DNA of 64,000 nucleotides, taken from a virus. Lineage: Duplodnaviria; Caudoviricetes. Made by a program: the position numbers and the translations under genes. Each line of letters opens with the position of its first letter. Within the stretch, counting starts at the first letter, position 1. Shown here piece by piece: positions 17,859 through 27,089 of this stretch. The notes beneath the pieces are model-generated. The model did no database searches. It was not told where the DNA came from and saw nothing but the letters and a program-made list of their open reading frames with translations. The DNA lies in the IMG/VR virus record IMGVR_UViG_3300020049_002596, positions 31,513-95,512 of that record. One strand, written 5' to 3'.

Positions 17859-19250
17859 ATGATTTATTTAAGTAATCTTAATCTAAGCAAGAACCAATTA
17901 CAGAATGCTGTAATTCATCCTTTAGGGACAGCACCAGCTAGTCCAGTAGAAGGGCAACTTTATTACAACTCTACTGCAGGAGTGAAAATGCTATATGTCT
18001 ATAATGGAACTGCTTGGGTACCTGTGGGAGACATAACAACTATCTCTTCTACAGAGTCTAGATTAATTGTAACTAATGGTACTACAGGAGATGTATCTTT
18101 ATCTTTAGACATTGCAACAGTAGTGGCTAATGGAGGTACAGGACTTGTTACTGCAGATTTATTGTATGACTATGTAGCTGGATTAGATGCTGTCTATTCT
18201 ATCACTGCAGGTCCTGGTATATCTATTACAGGTACAAGTACAGATCCTATTATTAACAATACTGATTTAGGTTCTTCTCAAGCTATCTTTAAAAATGTGG
18301 CAGTAGCAGGACAAACTACAGTTGTTGCAGATAGTAATAATGATACTCTTACAATAGCAGCAGGAGGTAATGTAACTATTACAACTAATGCTACTACAGA
18401 TACTGTTACCATCTCTTCAACAGATACTAATACTACTTATGATTTAGTTGCTGATGTAACTGCTGGAGGAGCTGTTATTCTTTTAAATGGTAGTGACTCA
18501 TCTCAAGATGCAGTAAAAATACTTGGTACTTCTAATGAGGTAGAAGTAACTAGATCAGGAAATGATATCACAGTAGGTTTACCAAACAATGTTGTAATTG
18601 CAGGTAACTTAACAGTTATTGGGACAACTACTACAAACAATGTAGAAACTGTATCTACATCTAATGGTGTTATTTTTGAAGGAAATGCTGCTGATGCTAA
18701 TGAGTTAACTTTGATAGCAGGTACTTTAACTGCTGATCAAACTATTACTTTACCAGATGCAACAGGTACAATAGCCTTATTGACTAACATTGGTAATGGT
18801 ACTCTTACTGTTACTGCAGGTACTTTAATGTCAGGTGGAGGTTCTTTTACAGCTAACCAAGCAGGTAACAGTTCTGTAACAATTAACCATGCTGCTGTAT
18901 CAAGAACAAATAATACTAGTTCTGCTTCTCCAGGAGTTGGAGGTAGTTTCACAGTTATTGACACTGTAACAACTTCAGCTGAAGGACACATCACAGCAGT
19001 TAATACTAAAACAGTTACTTTACCAGCTAATAGTGCTACTTCTTATGCTACTACAATTTCTGTATCAGGAACTATCACACATAGTTTAAGTACAAAAGAT
19101 GTCATAGTACAATTATATGACACAGTAACAAATGAAACAGTTTATGCTGATGTAGTGAGAGTAAATACAGCTCCTTACAATACAGTAACAGTTACTTTTG
19201 GAAATGCACCAGCAAATCCAATTAGAGTTTTAGTTTCTAAAATAGGATAA
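17859..19250 (+). CDS. Tail fibre protein
   Basis: APASPVEGQLYYN, Gly/Thr-rich beta repeats, TITLPDATGTIAL, C-terminal ITHSLSTKDVIVQLYD. Confidence 0.75.
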   Translation: MIYLSNLNLSKNQLQNAVIHPLGTAPASPVEGQLYYNSTAGVKMLYVYNGTAWVPVGDITTISSTESRLIVTNGTTGDVSLSLDIATVVANGGTGLVTADLLYDYVAGLDAVYSITAGPGISITGTSTDPIINNTDLGSSQAIFKNVAVAGQTTVVADSNNDTLTIAAGGNVTITTNATTDTVTISSTDTNTTYDLVADVTAGGAVILLNGSDSSQDAVKILGTSNEVEVTRSGNDITVGLPNNVVIAGNLTVIGTTTTNNVETVSTSNGVIFEGNAADANELTLIAGTLTADQTITLPDATGTIALLTNIGNGTLTVTAGTLMSGGGSFTANQAGNSSVTINHAAVSRTNNTSSASPGVGGSFTVIDTVTTSAEGHITAVNTKTVTLPANSATSYATTISVSGTITHSLSTKDVIVQLYDTVTNETVYADVVRVNTAPYNTVTVTFGNAPANPIRVLVSKIG

Positions 19251-19275
19251 TACATCCTTAAATTAATAGATTGAT

Positions 19276-22200
19276 ATGTCTCAAAAATTTAAAAGTGAAG
19301 TAGAACTTCAAGCTTTAAATGCTGCTACCACAGATACTGATAAATTCTTAGTATCTGATGGTGGCATCATTAAGTTTAGAACAGGGGCTGAGATGTTATC
19401 TGACTTAGGTGTGGCACCTGGAGTAGCCTCTAATATTCAACATCAAGTAAAAGCAGGAGTAGCAATAAATAAAGGACAAGCAGTATATGTATCTTCAGCA
19501 GATGGTACTAATATGATTGTGTCTTTGGCATCTAATGCTGCAGAAGCAACCTCATCAAAAACAATGGGGTTATTGGCATCTACTGTTGCTATAAATGGTT
19601 TTGCTAATGTTATAGTTGAAGGTTTACTTGCAGGACTAAACACATCTACTGCTACAGCAGGAGACCCTGTTTGGTTAGGTACTGGAGGTAATCTTATTTA
19701 TGGTTTAGTAAACAAACCTTATGCACCAGCTCACTTAGTTTTTATTGGTATTGTTACCAGAGTTAATGCCAACAATGGAGAAATCTTTGTAAAAGTTCAG
19801 AATGGATTTGAACTTGATGAATTACATGATGTAGACTTAAAAAGTCTAACTCCTGTTAGTGGACATATCTTAGGGTTTAATGGGAACCTGTGGGTTAATA
19901 AAACTATTGCAGCTTGGTTAGGATATACACCACAAGTTCAACTTAATGGGACTGGATTTGTAAAAGCATCTGGAACTACAATTACTTATGATAATACATC
20001 TTATTATCCATCTTCAAACCCTAATGGGTATATATCTTCTTATTCAGAGACAGATACTTTACAAAGTGTAGTCAATAGAGGAGCAAGTAGCTCAACACAA
20101 ATAACTTTGTCAGGAGCTGGAAATAATTCTACAACCTATTCTTCTTTAAGATTTGCAGGATACAACCAAGGAGGAGGAGTTGGATACCATGGTTTCTTTG
20201 AGATTCAAAACACTTATGGTTCTGTAACTAATGGTAAAAAGTTTTTTAGAATAGATGGAAGTGGTACTTTACAAATTATCAACAGTGCTTATACAAATAA
20301 CATCTTTAATCTTACTGATGCTGGAGATTTAACAACAACTAAGTTTATAAAATCAGGAGGAACTGCTGCTCAAATATTAGCTGCAGATGGTTCTGTAATT
20401 ACAGCAGGTTCAAATATTACTATAAGTGGAGGAGTAATATCTTCTACAGGAGGTGCAGCTTATACTCATCCTGCTTACACAGCAAGAAATATAGATACAT
20501 CAGGAGCACAAGTAATTGATATAATTACATCAGATGCCATAGGTAGTATAACAAATATTACAACAAGGAATTTAACTCCAGGTGACATAGGTGCTCAACC
20601 AGCAGGAAGTTATTTGACTTCTGAAACAGATACATTACAAAGTGTAACTAATAGGGGGGCTACGACTAATTTAGCCATAACTTCTCCTAACTATGTATTT
20701 ACTGGAGCTAGTAGTGGTGCGGTTGGATTGGTAACATCGACAAGTTCTTTTGGAACACGAAGCTCAGATGGTACAACATACGGATATGGTATTAGTACAA
20801 ATATAAATGGAGGATTAGATATAATGGCTAATCAGTCAGGCCAGCCTATAAGATTTTGGGCAGGTACAACAAATGTTAGCCCTATACAACGTATGATTAT
20901 ATCTGCTGGTGATGTTACAGCAACAGATTCATTTAGATCTCCTATATTCTATGATTCAAATAATACTGGTTACTATGTAGACCCTAATAATACAAGTAAT
21001 TTAAATATAGTTAGAGCTGCAAATAGACTAACTGGGGCTTGGATTGGTGTAGATAATACAAGTGCAACTAGTGGTAATGGTATTTCATTATATAATGGCT
21101 CTGCTGCTGGTCAACCTACTTATGGGATAATGTTTGCAGGGACTGCTACTTTTGGAACTCATGGTTCTGTAACCTCAGATTGGGCTACTTATTTAACTAT
21201 GAGTGACACTACAACTAGAGGTTGGATATTTAAAAGAGGTACAACTAATGTTGCTTCTATTTCAGGTACAGGAATACTTACAGTAAATGGAGATGTAAGA
21301 GCTCCAATTTTTTATGACTCAAATAACACAGGTTATTATTGTGACCCTACTAGTACTTCTAACTTAGTTGGATTAACAGTAGCTAATACTATTTCAGGTA
21401 ACATAACAGGTAACTCAGGCACTGTATCAAGTATAACTGGCAATACAGGATTGATGGTAAATTCTTTAGCGGCTCCTGCACTAATTGATGGTTTAACTAC
21501 TGCTAATTTTAGAAGTACTTTATTTGGGACTACGTCTAATGGTTACCAAATATCAACTGCTAGATGGAATAATGTACCAGCACCTTTAGGAGGTCTAGGG
21601 GCTTATGGTACTATGCTTTCTTGGTCAGGTAGTGATACACATGGTTTTATAGCTATGGACTATTCTGCAGCTGCCCTTAGAGTTGGAGGAGGAAATGCAA
21701 ACAATATTAACTGGACTAGACAAGTAATTATAGAAGATGCTTGGGTAAATAGTAAGTATCTTGCATCAGATGGAAGAATTTACGGCACTATATTTTATGA
21801 TGCAAATGATTCTACATATTGGGTAGATCCTGCTGGTTCAACAACTTCTGCAAATTTTCTTTCTAAGATAACTATACAAGGAGGTTCTAATAGTGCAACA
21901 ACTATGATGCAAGTTGTCAATAATTATGGAAATCCTTCTTTAAGTTCTTATTATGGTATTTTACATAGCTCTAGTGCTTTTTATGCTGGAAACCCTACAG
22001 GTACAGCTTATGCTGTATATGGTTCTGATGCTCAGTTTTATACTTACTATGATAGAAATAATACTGCTTATTACTTTGATGGTAGTAACACAGGAGATTC
22101 TATTAGAGTTGCAGGAGACATTGTAGCTTACTATTCTGATGATAGATTAAAAGATAGAAAAGGAAACATTGAAAATGCATTAGAAAAAGTTTTATCTTTG

Positions 22201-22449
22201 AATGGTTTTTACTATGAGGCAAATCAAAAAGCTCAAGAGTTAGGCTACAAAAAGAAAATGGAAGTAGGGGTATCTGCTCAAGAAGTAGAAGCTATTCTTC
22301 CTGAGTTAATTAAGGATGCTCCAATAGGACAGGGGTATAAAACTCTTGACTATGGTAGATTAACTCCTTTGTTGATTGAAGCTATTAAAGACCAACAAAA
22401 ACAAATTGAAGAATTAAAAGAATTAGTAAATAAATTAACCACTAAATAA
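19276..22449 (+). CDS. Long tail fibre/receptor-binding protein with C-terminal peptidase S74 intramolecular chaperone
   Basis: YYSDDRLKD...ALEKVLSLNG...GVSAQEVEAILPE...LIEAIKDQQKQIEEL; internal repeated modules. Confidence 0.88.
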   Translation: MSQKFKSEVELQALNAATTDTDKFLVSDGGIIKFRTGAEMLSDLGVAPGVASNIQHQVKAGVAINKGQAVYVSSADGTNMIVSLASNAAEATSSKTMGLLASTVAINGFANVIVEGLLAGLNTSTATAGDPVWLGTGGNLIYGLVNKPYAPAHLVFIGIVTRVNANNGEIFVKVQNGFELDELHDVDLKSLTPVSGHILGFNGNLWVNKTIAAWLGYTPQVQLNGTGFVKASGTTITYDNTSYYPSSNPNGYISSYSETDTLQSVVNRGASSSTQITLSGAGNNSTTYSSLRFAGYNQGGGVGYHGFFEIQNTYGSVTNGKKFFRIDGSGTLQIINSAYTNNIFNLTDAGDLTTTKFIKSGGTAAQILAADGSVITAGSNITISGGVISSTGGAAYTHPAYTARNIDTSGAQVIDIITSDAIGSITNITTRNLTPGDIGAQPAGSYLTSETDTLQSVTNRGATTNLAITSPNYVFTGASSGAVGLVTSTSSFGTRSSDGTTYGYGISTNINGGLDIMANQSGQPIRFWAGTTNVSPIQRMIISAGDVTATDSFRSPIFYDSNNTGYYVDPNNTSNLNIVRAANRLTGAWIGVDNTSATSGNGISLYNGSAAGQPTYGIMFAGTATFGTHGSVTSDWATYLTMSDTTTRGWIFKRGTTNVASISGTGILTVNGDVRAPIFYDSNNTGYYCDPTSTSNLVGLTVANTISGNITGNSGTVSSITGNTGLMVNSLAAPALIDGLTTANFRSTLFGTTSNGYQISTARWNNVPAPLGGLGAYGTMLSWSGSDTHGFIAMDYSAAALRVGGGNANNINWTRQVIIEDAWVNSKYLASDGRIYGTIFYDANDSTYWVDPAGSTTSANFLSKITIQGGSNSATTMMQVVNNYGNPSLSSYYGILHSSSAFYAGNPTGTAYAVYGSDAQFYTYYDRNNTAYYFDGSNTGDSIRVAGDIVAYYSDDRLKDRKGNIENALEKVLSLNGFYYEANQKAQELGYKKKMEVGVSAQEVEAILPELIKDAPIGQGYKTLDYGRLTPLLIEAIKDQQKQIEELKELVNKLTTK

Positions 22450-22456
22450 AAACAAG

Positions 22457-22819
22457 ATGGAATATACTTGGAAAATTACAGGAATGAAAACAGTTGACGC
22501 TAATGATGTCAAAGATGCTGTAGTCCAAACTTATTGGACAAAAACAGGAGTTGATAAAGAAGGTAATGAAGGTACTTTTACTGGAGCTACACCTTTTACT
22601 CCAGCTTCTATAAATACTGAAAACTTTATCCCTTTTGAAAAACTAACAGAAGAGATAGTTTTAGGTTGGATTAAAGCTGTTGTAGTAGGTTCTTATGAAG
22701 AGCATGTTAATGCACAAATCCAAAAACAAATTGATCTTAAAGTTGTCAAAGAAGCTACTATGCCTTGGGCACCTGAAGTAGTAGAACCTATTGAGCCTAC
22801 TGAACCTATAGTACAATAA
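22457..22819 (+). CDS. Tail-fibre-associated small protein
   Basis: MEYTWKI...FIPFEKLTEEIVLGWIK...MPW type commonly found after S74-bearing fibres. Confidence 0.55.
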   Translation: MEYTWKITGMKTVDANDVKDAVVQTYWTKTGVDKEGNEGTFTGATPFTPASINTENFIPFEKLTEEIVLGWIKAVVVGSYEEHVNAQIQKQIDLKVVKEATMPWAPEVVEPIEPTEPIVQ

Positions 22820-22825
22820 TAAGTC

Positions 22826-23248
22826 ATGGCAATCCCTTCAGATGGTTTAATAAATCTTACTATGATAGCTTTAGAGTTAGGTTATGCACAACCTTATTCT
22901 TTAGCTTCTATGTCAATTTCTGCAGGCTTTTCTTCTCCTTACAGTATGAGTGCTTTTAGAGGCTACTCTGCTGGAGGAGGGGGAGGATATGAACTAATTT
23001 ACCCTATGGTAATATTAGGAGATCCTTGTAGAGAAGGAAGGTTTGTAGATATCTTTAGGGGACCAGATAATTATTGGTATTACTCTACAGATGGAGGAGC
23101 TAACATGAATCTGCTTACAGGAGAAATTGTATATTTTTTCCAGTATGAGGATAGAGACACAGGAATGTTTTTGTATGAACTACATAGTTTTAGTAAAGAA
23201 CTTGAAAGAGTCTTAGGTTCAGATTGGTCTTATTGTGGCATGTATTAG
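22826..23248 (+). CDS. Hypothetical fibre-associated protein
   Basis: MAIPSDGLINL...YSMSAFRGYS N-terminal motif, Gly linker, then a variable domain. Confidence 0.5.
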   Translation: MAIPSDGLINLTMIALELGYAQPYSLASMSISAGFSSPYSMSAFRGYSAGGGGGYELIYPMVILGDPCREGRFVDIFRGPDNYWYYSTDGGANMNLLTGEIVYFFQYEDRDTGMFLYELHSFSKELERVLGSDWSYCGMY

Positions 23249-23263
23249 TATTCTATAAAAAAC

Positions 23264-23295
23264 TTGTTTAAAATAAAACAAAATTTGTACATTTG
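23264..23295 (+). promoter_or_regulatory. Bacteroidota-type promoter TTG-N21-TACATTTG
   Basis: TTG at 23264-23266 and TAnnTTTG at 23288-23295, upstream of ATG 23324. Confidence 0.6.
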
Positions 23296-23323
23296 TAAAT
23301 CATTTAACATAAAAAAAGAAAAT

Positions 23324-23590
23324 ATGGAAAGTCAAATTCAAGAAGTAAACAAAATCTCAGAAGAAGAATTGGAAAATGCAAGAGCATTGCAGAATATTAT
23401 TGCTTCTACTCATCAGAAGATTGGAGATTTAGAATTAGCTAAAATGGATTTATTGTATGAAGCTAATACTCACAGAGAGAGTTTAAAAAAGTTAGGTGCA
23501 GATTTAGAGGCTAAGTATGGTAGGATATCAGTTAACTTGGGTACAGGAGAGTACTCTTTAATTCAAGAAGGAGATGGCAGTAAAATCTAA
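23324..23590 (+). CDS. Small coiled-coil phage protein
   Basis: ATG at 23324 after an A-rich leader; ends LEAKYGRISVNLGTGEY. Confidence 0.6.
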   Translation: MESQIQEVNKISEEELENARALQNIIASTHQKIGDLELAKMDLLYEANTHRESLKKLGADLEAKYGRISVNLGTGEYSLIQEGDGSKI

Positions 23591-23711
23591 CTCAACAACT
23601 TTTGAGCCAAGACCAAAAGTAAAAAGACCAGGAGTACATGCTAAAAGCAAGACCTCTAAATTAAAAACCTCAAAAAGTTATAAAAAACTTTATAAAGGAC
23701 AAGGAAGATAA
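23574..23711 (+). CDS. 45-aa highly basic peptide ending YKGQGR, absent from the ORF track
   Basis: MAVKSNSTTFEPRPKVKRPGVHAKSKTSKLKTSKSYKKLYKGQGR; fills the intergenic gap and overlaps the upstream stop. Confidence 0.7.
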   Translation: MAVKSNSTTFEPRPKVKRPGVHAKSKTSKLKTSKSYKKLYKGQGR

Positions 23712-23724
23712 GTTATTTTTTAAC

Positions 23725-23732
23725 TATTTTTG
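23725..23732 (+). promoter_or_regulatory. TAnnTTTG -7 element upstream of holin
   Basis: TATTTTTG 14 nt before ATG 23747. Confidence 0.45.
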
Positions 23733-23746
23733 TAAGGACTTATGTT

Positions 23747-24331
23747 ATGGAAAAGTCAGTGAAGATTATATTAATATTAAAAGCAAGTGTTATGGAGTGG
23801 ATAACCCTATACAGTAAGTATTTTTTTAAGCTAGGGCTTAGTTTAAAGACAATGGGATCTAGTCCCGCAGGCATTGTTACAGGCACCTCTTTGGTGGCTA
23901 TCTCTGTTTTATCCTCAGTCCAGAAGGCACTGCTATTATTACTTTTATTTTTCATCCTGGATTTCATCACAGGTATCTTAGCTTCTTGGAAAGAGAAAAA
24001 AGAAAAAGAAAAAACCAAACCAGAACTTAAAGAAGAGTCCTTAATCTCTTCAGAAAAACTTAAACTTTCTGCTGTAAAAGCTTTTACCTATGCTAGTGCT
24101 ATATTAGGAGTATGGGGAATAGAGAAAGTGTTTTTTATTAGAACTTTTAAGTTTGACAATGTCAGTACAGAAGGGTTAACTATCACTTTAATATTTGTTG
24201 GGTTTTGTTGTGCTATTGAGTTCTACTCAATTGTCTTTGAGAACTTTAAAAGAATGGGCTTTGATATAGCTAAGAGTTTTATCAACGTAGTTAAGAATGT
24301 AAAAAAGATTATCTTTCAAGTAGAAAAATAA
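23747..24331 (+). CDS. Holin (phage holin 4-like)
   Basis: TM segments LLLLLFFILDFITGILAS and IFVGFCCAIEFYSIVFENFKRMG match the D..TG / E..SI.EN holin-4 pattern; start codon uncertain. Confidence 0.75.
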   Translation: MEKSVKIILILKASVMEWITLYSKYFFKLGLSLKTMGSSPAGIVTGTSLVAISVLSSVQKALLLLLLFFILDFITGILASWKEKKEKEKTKPELKEESLISSEKLKLSAVKAFTYASAILGVWGIEKVFFIRTFKFDNVSTEGLTITLIFVGFCCAIEFYSIVFENFKRMGFDIAKSFINVVKNVKKIIFQVEK

Positions 24332-24341
24332 AATAATTCCA

Positions 24342-24349
24342 TATCTTTG
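24342..24349 (+). promoter_or_regulatory. TAnnTTTG -7 element upstream of the nuclease/tail unit
   Basis: TATCTTTG in the intergenic gap. Confidence 0.45.
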
Positions 24350-24353
24350 TGAT

Positions 24354-25064
24354 ATGGAATTATTAAATAAATTGACACAACCTTTTAGTAACTTGACTTT
24401 TGAAGAGAAAAAGCACAAGTACTTTGTAGAAGGTAAACCTATCAAGACTTCAGTCTCAGGTTTAATTTCAGAATTTTATGAGCACTTTGATGCTCAGTCA
24501 GTAGCTCCCTTCTCAGCTAGAAAGCTAGGAATAACTACAGAAGAAGTCCTAAAACAATGGGCTGACATAAATCAAGAATCTAGAGATAGAGGGCACAGAG
24601 TACATAACTTTGGAGAACTTTATCAATTTGACAGAAGCTTAAAACCTTCATGCCCACAAGAGGAAGCTATTGTTGCCTTCTGGAAAAGTTTACCAGAGCA
24701 CATTATTCCAGTAGCTGCTGAACTCAGGATGTATCACTTCAAATATCTATTTGCAGGTACAGCAGACATCATCTTATTTGACACTAAAACTCAGACATAT
24801 ATAATAGCAGATTACAAGACTAACAAAGACTTGTTTAAGAATTTCAAAGGTAAAACTATGTTGGCACCTTTTTCTGCTTTATTAGATTGTCCTTTGAATC
24901 ACTATGTGGTACAACTCTCTTATTATCAAATACTTCTAGAGCAAATAGGAGTAAGGGTAAATAAGAGGGTCATTATATGGTTAGGGTTAGATGGTAAGTT
25001 CACCTGTATTAATACAGATGATGTAACAAGTATTCTAAAAGAAACTTTAAAACAACAACAATGA
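24354..25064 (+). CDS. PD-(D/E)xK nuclease
   Basis: RGHRVH...AELR...AGTADII...IADYKT...QLSYY. Confidence 0.85.
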   Translation: MELLNKLTQPFSNLTFEEKKHKYFVEGKPIKTSVSGLISEFYEHFDAQSVAPFSARKLGITTEEVLKQWADINQESRDRGHRVHNFGELYQFDRSLKPSCPQEEAIVAFWKSLPEHIIPVAAELRMYHFKYLFAGTADIILFDTKTQTYIIADYKTNKDLFKNFKGKTMLAPFSALLDCPLNHYVVQLSYYQILLEQIGVRVNKRVIIWLGLDGKFTCINTDDVTSILKETLKQQQ

Positions 25065-25768
25065 GAATATCTGAAGTAATAGAAAGAATTCAGTCTCTTT
25101 ATTCTAGAGGGGTTTCTAGTGATGAGTCTAGGCTATCTGACAGACATGTTTATAACAAAGCATTATCTGTAAGAATGCAACTTCTTTCTCAGCAATTAAA
25201 AAAGAAACAAAGATTAAGTGATTGGAACTATACAGTTATGCCTTGTGTAGAATTGATAAAAGTTCCAAATCATGAGTGTCCTTGTCTAGGAGATTTAGGT
25301 TGTGATGTTTACAGAACTAAATTTAAGATTCCTAGAATAATGACAGACTCTAATAGACACTACATTGAATATGTTATGTCTGTAGAAAATGGAATGAGAA
25401 TAGAAGAAATCACAAGACAAGGTGTTCTATATTTAAAAGGTAACAAGTACACAGGGCTTAAGCCTAAATACTTATTTGAGAATGGTTATTTATACTTTCC
25501 TTTAAAGAAAAATCCAGGAATAGTAAAGATTAAACTTCTTGCTGAAGATCCCTTAGAAGCACATCATTACCCTTCTATTTGTGAAGAGTGTCCTGAGTGT
25601 TTAGATTGTTTAGCAACTCCTGATCATTCTTTTGATATTGATGGAGACTTAATTGAGCCTTTAATTGATATCTGTGTTCAAGAAATTATTGTTATCTTTG
25701 GGCAAAAGAAAGAAGATAGAGTTAGTAACTCAAGAGACATTCAAAGACCTGAAGGAAGTAATAGATAA
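25061..25768 (+). CDS. Tail ring/adaptor protein (crAss-like)
   Basis: Synteny before the IHF-like and tail tube genes; PCVELIKV and YLFENGYLYF motifs. Confidence 0.6.
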   Translation: MRISEVIERIQSLYSRGVSSDESRLSDRHVYNKALSVRMQLLSQQLKKKQRLSDWNYTVMPCVELIKVPNHECPCLGDLGCDVYRTKFKIPRIMTDSNRHYIEYVMSVENGMRIEEITRQGVLYLKGNKYTGLKPKYLFENGYLYFPLKKNPGIVKIKLLAEDPLEAHHYPSICEECPECLDCLATPDHSFDIDGDLIEPLIDICVQEIIVIFGQKKEDRVSNSRDIQRPEGSNR

Positions 25769-26241
25769 TGCAAAAGACTAATTTAAACATAAGAAGTTCT
25801 TACAAGAGGTATTCCAAAGAAAGTGAAAACCCTATAGAACTGAATCCTTTTCTTGAAATAGCTAATGGCTATATGGAATTTTTGATGAAGAAAGTAGTTG
25901 AGGGAGAGGAAGTAACTATGCCAGTAAAACTAGGAACTCTTTTTATACAAGGAGTAAAAAAGAAATTGGCATTTAATAAAGATGGTGTACCATTGCTTCC
26001 ACCTAATTGGGGTGAGACTAAAAAGCTGTGGGATAGAAACCCTGAAGCAAAGGCTACAAAGAAAATAGTCTATTGCCTTAATGAAGAAACTGATGGAGTA
26101 GTTTATAAGCTGCATTGGTCTAAGAATAGAGTCCCAATAGAGAATAAACTTTATTACAATTTTATCTTAACCAGAGATAATAAAAGGACTATCAACAAGC
26201 AAATAAAACAAGGTAAAGAATATTTAATTAAATCCCAATAA
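25768..26241 (+). CDS. HU/IHF-like protein (crAss type)
   Basis: KKVVEGEEVTMPVKLGTLFI and NWGETKKLW; position in the tail module. Confidence 0.7.
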   Translation: MQKTNLNIRSSYKRYSKESENPIELNPFLEIANGYMEFLMKKVVEGEEVTMPVKLGTLFIQGVKKKLAFNKDGVPLLPPNWGETKKLWDRNPEAKATKKIVYCLNEETDGVVYKLHWSKNRVPIENKLYYNFILTRDNKRTINKQIKQGKEYLIKSQ

Positions 26242-26242
26242 T

Positions 26243-26518
26243 ATGGCAACAGAATTATTAAAATCAGCAAGTCTTGAAAAGAAAAAAGACTTTGTTCTTC
26301 CTAAAGGAGGAACTATTATTAGTAAAGAAGTAAGATTAAATGTAGAAGAAATTGAAAATGGTTTCCTACTTAGAAAGTCTTATGACATTAAATGGACTAA
26401 TGCAGAATCTGAAAATAGCAATTATGAATACTTTACAAGAACTTGGTTCTCTAAAGATAATCCAATTGAAATTAATATGCCTGAAGATTCAAAATCATTA
26501 GCAGACAAATTAGACTAA
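26243..26518 (+). CDS. Hypothetical protein
   Basis: Tightly packed ORF with normal codon usage. Confidence 0.55.
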   Translation: MATELLKSASLEKKKDFVLPKGGTIISKEVRLNVEEIENGFLLRKSYDIKWTNAESENSNYEYFTRTWFSKDNPIEINMPEDSKSLADKLD

Positions 26519-26538
26519 CCAATTAAAAATAGAATAAG

Positions 26539-27048
26539 ATGAACCCACAAATATTAGGGGCTATAGATAGCCTAGAAAAAAAAGTTGCAGACTTATATCA
26601 TAAACTTAAGTCAAATACAGGGACAGTACCAACTCAAGTAGGGATTTTAAAAAGTGCTCAAATTACAATCACTTCTTCTGAAATCTTAAGTTCTTCAGGT
26701 TTTTCAAAACTATTAGTAAGTTCTGTACCTGGTAAAGTGTTAATACCTGTTTCTGTTAATGCTTATAGAAAAGCAGGAGGGACAGCTTATTCTATTTCAA
26801 ATTCAGTAAGACTATTTAGTAGTAGTAGTGCTGGCTCTTCATCAATTGGAAATGGGACATTAGATTCTGTTTTTCAAAGTCCTTCACCACAAACAACTAT
26901 TGCTCCAGTATCTACTTCTAATTTTTCTCTTATAGTAGGGAATAGTTTATATGTAGCTTCTAATAGTTTAGTAATGCCAAGTGTAATAACTGGAGGAACT
27001 GGAGATTTAATTGTGTGTGTTACATACACAGAAGTTGATGCTGCTTAA
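26539..27048 (+). CDS. Hypothetical Ser-rich beta protein, possibly structural
   Basis: Short N-terminal coiled coil followed by a beta-rich domain. Confidence 0.5.
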   Translation: MNPQILGAIDSLEKKVADLYHKLKSNTGTVPTQVGILKSAQITITSSEILSSSGFSKLLVSSVPGKVLIPVSVNAYRKAGGTAYSISNSVRLFSSSSAGSSSIGNGTLDSVFQSPSPQTTIAPVSTSNFSLIVGNSLYVASNSLVMPSVITGGTGDLIVCVTYTEVDAA

Positions 27049-27089
27049 TTATTTAAGTGTCTTCTTTATAATATTTAAACTAAACTAAG

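Noticed and set aside
19276-23248. Diversity-generating retroelement or invertible fibre cassette
   Set aside because: No reverse transcriptase, recombinase, inverted gene copies or adenine-specific TR/VR pair seen in the window
24354-25064. Cas4 or CRISPR-associated nuclease
   Set aside because: PD-(D/E)xK motifs are present but there is no four-Cys Fe-S pattern, cas gene or array
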